From Candidatus Obscuribacteraceae bacterium (GTDB lineage: Bacteria; Cyanobacteriota; Vampirovibrionia; Obscuribacterales; Obscuribacteraceae): 64,000 nt of DNA. This document shows, one piece after another, positions 1-7,370 of the stretch. The position numbers were made by a program, and so were the translations under genes. The stretch lies in NCBI GenBank assembly GCA_044226015.1, contig JBGAHS010000003.1, forward strand, positions 32,001 through 96,000, in the 5' to 3' direction. The notes under the pieces were generated by a model. It saw nothing but the letters and a program-made list of their open reading frames with translations, made no database searches and was not told the origin of the DNA. Numbering within the stretch: position 1 is the stretch's first letter; each line of letters starts with the position of its first letter.

Positions 1-207
1 CTTTTCCGACCAGTTAATTCTACTGAAACCATCATTGATTCCAACAATCTGCTGTGCACCTTTATCATCGGAGACGATGGTACCAGTTCCACTATCAGGT
101 ACCGCACCACGAGCCATAAAGCGAACGGCAGCTGTGGAAAGAACATTCCTCGCACTTTCCATCTGATCTGTCTTTGACATTTTTACTTCTTCAACTTGAT
201 CCGCCAT
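1..207 (-). CDS. Hypothetical protein, N-terminal 69 aa only (runs off the window start); paralog of 55033..55617
   Basis: Manual translation MADQVEEVKMSKTDQMESARNVLSTAAVRFMARG...INWSEK is open to the window edge. A GAGG RBS lies upstream of the ATG at 207. It aligns without gaps to the 55033 ORF. Confidence 0.7.
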   Translation of the reverse strand, partial: MADQVEEVKMSKTDQMESARNVLSTAAVRFMARGAVPDSGTGTIVSDDKGAQQIVGINDGFSRINWSEK

Positions 208-622
208 AACAACAACCTCACAACCAACGCTTTTCGCATCTTAGGCAGTGACACGTTGTGCAAACAAGGAGAACATTGATATGTGGAGGCTGAATAAATG
301 CACAGTCGCGGGCGAGAATCTGTTTCAGCAGGAGCTGCTTTGCACTGCAGGACAGCTATGACCAGACAAACGCAAAAAGTTGTATGCTTGCGGTCATGGT
401 GAGCCTGGAACCTAAAACACTTCTCAGAAAGCTAAAGCAAAGAAGAGTATTTCCAAAAGTTTATTTCAGGCAACCTATTAATACGTTTGCTTTCAATCAA
501 GTAACTCATTCTAGTAGGCAACACCAAAAGCGAAAGCATGAGAGCCCAGGAATGACGACTCAGTCGAAGCGTGAAGGAGACGTTGCCAAGTATGAAATAG
601 TACTCAGTCTCTTTCACTTGAA

Positions 623-1642
623 ATGTGGTTGAATCGTCATGTGAGCAAGCCAAAAGTCACTATCGTTATCGTCAATTGGAAAACGCCCCGATTACTCGCA
701 GGGTCGTTGCGGTCAATTTATGCTGACCCAAATTGTGATGCTTTCGAAGTCGTAGTCGTCGACAACAATTCTGGCGATAATTCGGTAGAAATGCTGCTCC
801 GTGATTTTCCTCAGGTAACAACGATCGCGAACACAGAAAATGTCGGCTTCAGCAAAGCTTGCAATCAAGTTATTCCTGGGGCAAAGGGCGAGTACGTGCT
901 TTTGCTCAACCCTGACACTGTTGTTGTGGACCGCGCGGTCAGCAGGATGGCAGATTACCTGGATAAACATCAGGACTGCGCTTCAGTTGGTCCAAAGGTC
1001 CTAAACGCAGATGGCTCGCTGCAATTGGCTTGCCGTCGGTCATTCCCGTCGCCTGAAGCCGCCTTTTTCAGGCTTACCTATTTGAGCTTTCTATTTCCAA
1101 AGCATCCCATAGTTGCAAAATACAATCTTACAAATGCGGACCCTGACAAAGAAATTGACGTAGATGCACTTTCTGGCTCTGCGATGATGGTTCGTAAATC
1201 AGTTATCGACAAAATTGGCTTGCTCGATGACGACATCTATATGTTCGGGGAAGATATTGACTGGTGTTGGCGCTTTAAGGAAGCTGGCTTTGCAGTCAGA
1301 TATTTTCCTGAGGCCGTTGTCTATCATTATCATGGAGCTTCAAGCCGCTTCAGACGCATAGGGACAACAATTTTCTTGCACAAAGGCATGGAAGTGTTCT
1401 ACCGCAAGCACATGGCGAAGAAATACTGGGCACCGTTCAATTGGGCAGTCTACGCCGCAATTTGGAGCCGTGCAGCAGTCTTCATTGCAATTTCTTTGAT
1501 TAAGCAAGCACTACCAGACAAGAGCGCGGGCGTATTTGAACGCGATATAGACATCGATTTGAAGTCTATTCCTGGAATGAACGACTCAAGCAATAACACC
1601 ACCAGTGGTGACAAGCAATTGAGTGCCGCCGGTCGTAAGTAA
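623..1642 (+). CDS. Glycosyltransferase family 2 (WbbL/rhamnosyltransferase-like)
   Basis: Motifs VTIVIVNWK, VVVDNNSGD, NVGFSKACNQ, LLLNPD, MFGEDIDWC. Alternative start GTG at 641. Confidence 0.92.
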   Translation: MWLNRHVSKPKVTIVIVNWKTPRLLAGSLRSIYADPNCDAFEVVVVDNNSGDNSVEMLLRDFPQVTTIANTENVGFSKACNQVIPGAKGEYVLLLNPDTVVVDRAVSRMADYLDKHQDCASVGPKVLNADGSLQLACRRSFPSPEAAFFRLTYLSFLFPKHPIVAKYNLTNADPDKEIDVDALSGSAMMVRKSVIDKIGLLDDDIYMFGEDIDWCWRFKEAGFAVRYFPEAVVYHYHGASSRFRRIGTTIFLHKGMEVFYRKHMAKKYWAPFNWAVYAAIWSRAAVFIAISLIKQALPDKSAGVFERDIDIDLKSIPGMNDSSNNTTSGDKQLSAAGRK

Positions 1643-1701
1643 ATGAGTTTCGCAACTGACTGGCGCGATTTGGCAGCGCGAAAGAGCGGTACAACGCTAC
1701 C

Positions 1702-2691
1702 ATGATCTTAGTTACAGGCGCGACAGGCATGATTGGTCGTGCGATTGCACTTAAGCTTCTGTCGCAAGGAATTGCAGTAAAGGTACATGGGCGTTCAAGA
1801 CCTGCGCTCGAATCTATTTTTCCGCTCAACTCCTACGAACCCCATTTACTGGAATACGCCGTTGCTGACTTTGCTTCGCTCGATGAGTACGAGGCGGCTC
1901 AGCTCTGCAAGGGATGTCGGCAAATAGTTCATTGCGCAGGTCTTGTTCACTTAAGTGAATCTGACGAAACACTGTATGACAAATTCAACGTGCAAGCCAC
2001 ACAGCTATTGGCAAAAGCAAGCAAGTCCGCGAAATGCGAACAATTCATTTTCTTCAGCAGCAGTTCTGTCTATGGAAACAAAGAAACCAATATGATTTCG
2101 GAGACAGATAAGCTTGATGCAGACACTCCTTACGCAAAATCAAAACTACAAAGCGAAGAGTATCTGAAGAATTCTCCACCTGCGGACTCTACCGTGGTGT
2201 TACGTCCATCTCTGGCTTTTGGTCGTGGCGATAGAGGCAATATGCTTTCTCTCATCAGGCAGATACTCAGCGGCAAGTATTTCCTCATTGGGGATGGAAA
2301 CGCGCAAAAGAGCATGATATTCGCCGACGATTTAGCGGATGCACTATATTTGGTGACAAGCAATCCACCCGGTGGCTTCTCTATCTTCAATCTAGCAAAC
2401 CCTAAACCAACAAGCGTAAAAGAATTGTCTGAAGCAGTTCTTCAAGCTGCTGGCAGACCAGCAAATTTACTGTCAGTTCCTTCTTGGACAATCAAACTTT
2501 GCGCATCTCTTGCAAATGCAATTTTAGGCAAACGGTCACCACTCAGCGCTGACCGACTTGCAAAACTCACACGACATAATTCAATATCCGTTGAGAAGTT
2601 TGAGAAGAGGTTTTCTTTTGAACCAAAAACCGATCTAAAATCTGCCCTGAAAGCTGAAATTGAATGGGCACTGTCAAAAGGTAAGCTCTAG
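1702..2691 (+). CDS. NAD-dependent epimerase/dehydratase (extended SDR)
   Basis: TGATGMIG Rossmann motif, HCAG, SSSSVYG, YAKSK catalytic YxxxK, LRP. Confidence 0.92.
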   Translation: MILVTGATGMIGRAIALKLLSQGIAVKVHGRSRPALESIFPLNSYEPHLLEYAVADFASLDEYEAAQLCKGCRQIVHCAGLVHLSESDETLYDKFNVQATQLLAKASKSAKCEQFIFFSSSSVYGNKETNMISETDKLDADTPYAKSKLQSEEYLKNSPPADSTVVLRPSLAFGRGDRGNMLSLIRQILSGKYFLIGDGNAQKSMIFADDLADALYLVTSNPPGGFSIFNLANPKPTSVKELSEAVLQAAGRPANLLSVPSWTIKLCASLANAILGKRSPLSADRLAKLTRHNSISVEKFEKRFSFEPKTDLKSALKAEIEWALSKGKL

Positions 2692-2722
2692 AATCATTGC
2701 GCCAAGTTCCGCAAAATCAGAA

Positions 2723-2820
2723 GCCGCCAGGATGGTAGCGCTCGCAGATTCTTCAAATCCACCAGGATGGCGGCAGAACCAGAATTTCCCAATGCCGCCA
2801 GGATGGTAGCGCTCGCAGAT
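2723..2820. repeat. REP-like cluster: GCCGCCAGGATGGTAGCGCTCGCAGAT x2 plus one partial copy
   Basis: Identical 27-mers at 2723 and 2794, a variant CCACCAGGATGGCGGC at 2759, and an imperfect hairpin core. Lies between convergent genes. Confidence 0.7.
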
Positions 2821-2835
2821 CCACAATGCCCAGAT

Positions 2836-3279
2836 TCACTCTAAAAGGCGAGCTCGATACTCAGGTGTCGGCATCAAACACGTTTCGTTTTTTCCAAAAA
2901 CCTGATACCGATTTGCTGCGACAATTTTATAACCCAAGTCACGCAAGAATTTTGGAAACAGACTCAATACTTTTCCTAGAATTCCATAACGCCGAAACTT
3001 TAAAAGCGCATATATTACGGCTGTGCTCCGAGTAAGGATCTGCTCGTCATCCGTTCCACAGCTTTTCACCACATAGACTGTGGACAAATCTCTGATGTTT
3101 ATTCCATGGCGCTCAAGAACCTTACGAGCAGTTTCGCTTTGAATTGCACCGAGCAGAAAGTGCGCATCTTCATCAGCAAGCAGAGCTTTTTTCACCAGCC
3201 CATCGCACAAAACGCACTCACCATCGAAGAAGATAAGGTCTCTTCCGATTACTTTCTCAGGTAAGTCTGAATTCTTCAC
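2836..3279 (-). CDS. DCC1-like thiol-disulfide oxidoreductase (DUF393)
   Basis: N-terminal FFDGECVLC (DxxCxxC) and C-terminal LRDLGYKIVAANRYQVFG...C.MP. Confidence 0.9.
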   Translation of the reverse strand: MKNSDLPEKVIGRDLIFFDGECVLCDGLVKKALLADEDAHFLLGAIQSETARKVLERHGINIRDLSTVYVVKSCGTDDEQILTRSTAVIYALLKFRRYGILGKVLSLFPKFLRDLGYKIVAANRYQVFGKNETCLMPTPEYRARLLE

Positions 3280-3586
3280 CTTAACGCTCCAGCTCTTCTA
3301 TATAAGAAGTAGCAGAAAAATCGCGAAATAAGACAATTTCATCCAATAAATTTCCAAAGCGCAATCCTGTCAGGACGACAATGACAGTCGCTGAAAAGGA
3401 TCATACCAAGAGCTATCCCAACAGAGATTCACAACAGGCAAGGCTAGGGCGTTTTGTAGGGTCAGACTCGCTGCAACCGGCAACGCACCTTTACCGAAAT
3501 AAAGCTGGGCCTTTTAATGATATGACCCAAAATAGCCACAAGCCTGACCTGATTGTCACCAACACTGGAACTTGGGAGAGAGAGAC

Positions 3587-3991
3587 ATGGCAGACAATAC
3601 AAATCAACTTGGTGACAACGTTTCGAAAACAATGCATGACCTGAGCCGGGAAGGTGAAAAATCTGCAGAGCTGATGCTGGAATGCGCTTATGCAGACCTC
3701 AAAGAGAAAACAAAAACACCTCAAGAACTCGAAAAGGGTGTGAACGATACGATTACGTCGGCGAACAGCGAAGCCAACAAAGAGAAAGGTTACAATCTGA
3801 ATTTCGAAATTGTCGATGACAATAAAGACGGGAAGTGGAATCAGGGCGACAAAATTCAAGTGCACAATAGCTCGCGCTATTTTTTCCGCCAGCCGGCAGC
3901 ATTCAATCTTGATGGCAATCCAGATGCAAAAAATGGAACTGACGCTTTGCTGAAGAACAAAGCACAGTTTGACTCTGAACTCGCTAAGTAA
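3587..3991 (+). CDS. Hypothetical protein (134 aa)
   Basis: ORF with purine-rich RBS (GGGAGAG) and coding-like composition; one DDNKDGKWNQGD EF-hand-like loop. Confidence 0.7.
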   Translation: MADNTNQLGDNVSKTMHDLSREGEKSAELMLECAYADLKEKTKTPQELEKGVNDTITSANSEANKEKGYNLNFEIVDDNKDGKWNQGDKIQVHNSSRYFFRQPAAFNLDGNPDAKNGTDALLKNKAQFDSELAK

Positions 3992-4004
3992 ATCGGCTCA
4001 GCCT

Positions 4005-5492
4005 CTAACGCTTCGCTTGCTTCTTAGCATCAGTGTCCTTACTCAGAATTAGCTTGTCACCAGGCTTCAAAGTCCAAACCAAAGCTTCTTTTCCAAGTCC
4101 AGCGCCTCCTGTGCCTGTAAGTGTTTCAGGTACAATCTGACGGTCCGAGATAAAATCAAGCTCCTCTCCAGGTTTCCTGAAAACCCTAACGGAACTCTTT
4201 CCTCCAACCTCGGCAATAAGCTTATCATCCTCCCAATAGAGAGTTATACTGGTATCGCCATCAATACCAAGCACTGGCAAACCAATCTCATACAAAGCAC
4301 TGATATCGCGCCATTCGCGTCCACGCTGATCAACATGTGTGTCTGCAGTGAACCACGGTGCAAGGGAAAAGCCTTCTCCGTGGGTGAGGTCATCAACTCC
4401 ACCACCTGTGATCATTTCTCTGGACATGACCGCACAACCGGCGCTTGAGCCACACACGTGGGCGCCCTTCTCCAGTGATTTTTTCAGCAATTCAGACTGA
4501 GTAAAGCGATCGCGCAAACGGCTTTGATCGCCGCCCCCAAAATAAATAAGGTCGAATTCTTCAGGAAGTTCACGGGTGTATGAGAAGTTACTAGCAGTAG
4601 GCTTATCCGTATCGCTCAGCACAACGATGTTCTCTGTGGATACTCCCGCATCCTTGAACTTCTGCGCGAGGTCTTCATCAGCGTCGTCTAGTTCTGAAGC
4701 CATAGCGACGGTGACAATTTTGGCGTTATCTTTTTTCTTTGCTCTTTCGATGACATCATCGAAAGATTTGTCAGCGCTGCCACCAATAAGCATGAGCTTG
4801 CCGTTGAATCGGTAGTTGTGTTCGTTATCGAAGTATCGCTTCTTTTCTACGGACTCTTCTGCGACTTCTTTCTGCAATTCCGCCGCAGCTATAGCATCCT
4901 TACCATTGGGCTGCTGCGCCTTTTCATCAATACGCGGCTTTTCATCAGTACGCGCCTTTTCATCAGTACGCGCCTTTTCATCTGTGGGTGTCCCGTGCTC
5001 AGTTTTCACTTCGTTTTGTGGCGGCTCTTTCGCTGAAGCTTGATCCTTAGCTTCAGCTTTTGCTGGCACTGCGGGAGCTTCGTCCTTCACCTCAGCATTT
5101 GTCTGCGCTTGGGGCTGAGCTTCGTTCTTTCCCTCGGCATTTGTCTGCGCTTTGGTCTGAGCTTCGTCCTTCACCTCGGCATTTGTCTGCGCTTTGGTCT
5201 GAGCTTCGTCCTTCACCTCGGCATTTGTCTGCGCTTTGGGCTGAGCTTCGTCCGAAGGTTTCCGCGTCAACTCTTGCAATGGCTCTTCAGCAACACCACC
5301 TGCAAGCGATATGGGTTTAAATGCAACAAAGCTATCCTCCGAAACTCCAGTATTGGAGCGGAAGCTAGAGCTGGATTTTGATTTTGCTCCAAAAAACTCC
5401 AATCGAAATGAATCGAGTGCCCCATCAATTCCGCCTGCGAGAGACTTGTCTCGTTCAAGAGATTTGACAGCTTGATTTTCGACAACAAACAT
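4005..5492 (-). CDS. Cyanophycinase-like peptidase S51 domain fused to a long low-complexity N-terminus
   Basis: C-terminal half has LIGG, FGGGDQSRL, GSSAG nucleophile elbow, DTHVDQRGR and GIDGDT. The N-terminus carries 14-aa tandem repeats. Confidence 0.85.
   Translation of the reverse strand: MFVVENQAVKSLERDKSLAGGIDGALDSFRLEFFGAKSKSSSSFRSNTGVSEDSFVAFKPISLAGGVAEEPLQELTRKPSDEAQPKAQTNAEVKDEAQTKAQTNAEVKDEAQTKAQTNAEGKNEAQPQAQTNAEVKDEAPAVPAKAEAKDQASAKEPPQNEVKTEHGTPTDEKARTDEKARTDEKPRIDEKAQQPNGKDAIAAAELQKEVAEESVEKKRYFDNEHNYRFNGKLMLIGGSADKSFDDVIERAKKKDNAKIVTVAMASELDDADEDLAQKFKDAGVSTENIVVLSDTDKPTASNFSYTRELPEEFDLIYFGGGDQSRLRDRFTQSELLKKSLEKGAHVCGSSAGCAVMSREMITGGGVDDLTHGEGFSLAPWFTADTHVDQRGREWRDISALYEIGLPVLGIDGDTSITLYWEDDKLIAEVGGKSSVRVFRKPGEELDFISDRQIVPETLTGTGGAGLGKEALVWTLKPGDKLILSKDTDAKKQAKR
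5075..5253 (-). repeat. In-frame 42-bp (14 aa) tandem repeat, ~4 copies
   Basis: DEAQ(P/T)KAQTNAEVK repeated in the translation; 42-bp periodicity in the DNA. Confidence 0.9.
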
Positions 5493-6020
5493 CTCGGGTC
5501 CCTCTTCTATAAAAGGAGCGCCCGAACCCTATAAAATTGACCGAATAGCCACAGCTTGACAATTATAAGCCCGGCTAATCATCTACGTTTGAGAAAAATT
5601 GCTAATGAACTGGTTCTTAGAAATCACTATCCGTCATATAAACGCGTCAGGGATACGAACTCCCTAAGCAATGTTAACAATCCAGCCCCTGACTTCTCAG
5701 AAAACATTTGTTCGAGAGAGGCGCGAATATACACATTCAGGCACTTTATGGGTGAATCCACGTACCTTCGGATAGAAAAAGGAAGGATTATTCCGCTGCC
5801 CCCCCTTTCCTAAAGATTAAATGCCTGGTAAAGTCTTTAATCATTAAATCTGGCGGTGGGCGGCCACTGAAAGGTTGGAAAGAGTCCCGTAAACACAGTA
5901 CGTGTAAGGCTTAGCGGCTTGATAACTGATCTATATGAACAGTTTTAGATGGCAATAGCTTAAGGCTTTCATAAACGGGGCTTAATTGAATCGTTGACTT
6001 TCTGAAATGAGGTAGAACCC

Positions 6021-6722
6021 TTGAGCACAAGCAGCGGAAACAGCGGGATGAAAATCCTGATTATCGAGGACGACGTGAATATTGCGCGTCTTATCGAGCT
6101 GGAATTGGGTTATGAAGGTTATCAGGTACATGTAGCACATGATGGGAACCAGGGAATCGATCTCTTCAAGAAAGAGCAGCCCGAGCTGGTTCTACTAGAC
6201 GTTATGTTGCCAGGACTTGATGGAGTCGAGGTTTGCAAACGACTCCGCGCCATCTCCAAAATTCCAATTATCATGCTCACCGCGAAAGATGGTGTTCAGG
6301 ACAGAGTTGTCGGGCTCGATAGCGGAGCAGACGATTACCTCACCAAGCCATTCGCAACAGAAGAATTGCTAGCACGCATACGCGCAGTGATGCGCCGCAA
6401 ACCACAAGAAGGCATCCTTACTTATGCAGATTTGTGGATGGACCAGTTGAATCGTGTAGTTAAGCGCGGCGAACGCCAGCTTGATTTGAGAGCAAAAGAA
6501 TTTGATCTTCTTCGTCTATTTATGCAATACCCCGAACAGGTTCTCTCAAGAGAGTTCATTTTCGACAAGGTCTGGGGCTATGACTTCATCGGTGAATCAA
6601 ACGTCATCGAAGTGTACATCCGATACCTTCGTTCGAAACTTGAGGATGGCAATGCAAAACGCTTGATTCAAACAGTTCGTGGTGAAGGCTACGTACTAAG
6701 AGAAGAAGAAGCGTCTCGCTAG
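6021..6722 (+). CDS. OmpR/PhoB-family response regulator (MprA-like), no adjacent kinase
   Basis: REC domain (IEDD, LLDVMLP, MLTA, DDYLTKPF) plus winged helix (VWGYDF, NVIEVYIRYLR, IQTVRGEGY). GAGG RBS before the TTG. Confidence 0.95.
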   Translation: MSTSSGNSGMKILIIEDDVNIARLIELELGYEGYQVHVAHDGNQGIDLFKKEQPELVLLDVMLPGLDGVEVCKRLRAISKIPIIMLTAKDGVQDRVVGLDSGADDYLTKPFATEELLARIRAVMRRKPQEGILTYADLWMDQLNRVVKRGERQLDLRAKEFDLLRLFMQYPEQVLSREFIFDKVWGYDFIGESNVIEVYIRYLRSKLEDGNAKRLIQTVRGEGYVLREEEASR

Positions 6723-6747
6723 TTCGACTCTAAAACAAAACATTCCG

Positions 6748-6791
6748 ACCGGGGCACAGTGCAATTCCGCACTTGCCCCGGTTAGCATTTT
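6748..6791 (+). terminator. Hairpin, probable intrinsic terminator
   Basis: ACCGGGGCA...TGCCCCGGT with inner GTGC/GCAC stem and a weak T tail, 25 nt after the stop codon. Confidence 0.6.
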
Positions 6792-6926
6792 CACTGCTGT
6801 AGGTCTTAATCCGCATTGGATGTGGTGGCATGCTTTTGCTATGCTGCAATTGAACCGGCAATTTGGCTTGCTATTGAATACAGACAGAAGATATACGCAT
6901 TCGGCATGAAATCCCTATCATTCTGC

Positions 6927-6956
6927 TTGTATAATATATACGTGTAAAGTTATGAT
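6927..6956 (+). promoter_or_regulatory. Putative sigma70 promoter
   Basis: TTGTAT-N18-TATGAT about 45 nt upstream of the 7001 ORF. Confidence 0.4.
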
Positions 6957-7000
6957 AAAACTCGACCCTCTGGGTCAAGGAATCTCTTGAGGACTAGATC

Positions 7001-7285
7001 GTGGCAACTCTAAGTGAAGCAAAACTCGGTGCAGGCGGACGTGAAACTAGTTTTTTCGTGGACATACTCACGCAGAACTCTTCGGGAAACTGGGTTCTTT
7101 GCTTGCCGAACAGACTCAAAGATTTCCAGGACGAGTTGGAGATGTTGCTGGCTCGTGCATTCACGGGTCGCCCACGCTGCCCCGAGAATCTCGAACTTGC
7201 ACAACAGTTGACACTCAACTGGTGCATTTCAAAATGCAAGAAACAAGGAATTACGCTTGAGGAGTGCCTGCGCGAAGAGTCTTAG
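7001..7285 (+). CDS. Hypothetical protein (94 aa, Cys-containing)
   Basis: GAGGA RBS before GTG, upstream promoter candidate, downstream terminator. Confidence 0.7.
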   Translation: MATLSEAKLGAGGRETSFFVDILTQNSSGNWVLCLPNRLKDFQDELEMLLARAFTGRPRCPENLELAQQLTLNWCISKCKKQGITLEECLREES

Positions 7286-7322
7286 GCTTCGCTGTTGAGA
7301 ATTGTGCACGAGCATAGAAAGC

Positions 7323-7348
7323 AAAAACCCGGGCATGACCCGGGTTTT
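7323..7348. terminator. Bidirectional intrinsic terminator
   Basis: AAAAACCCGGG-CATGA-CCCGGGTTTT between convergent genes. Confidence 0.85.
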
Positions 7349-7370
7349 AAACTATTTTCGAGGAAGCGAA

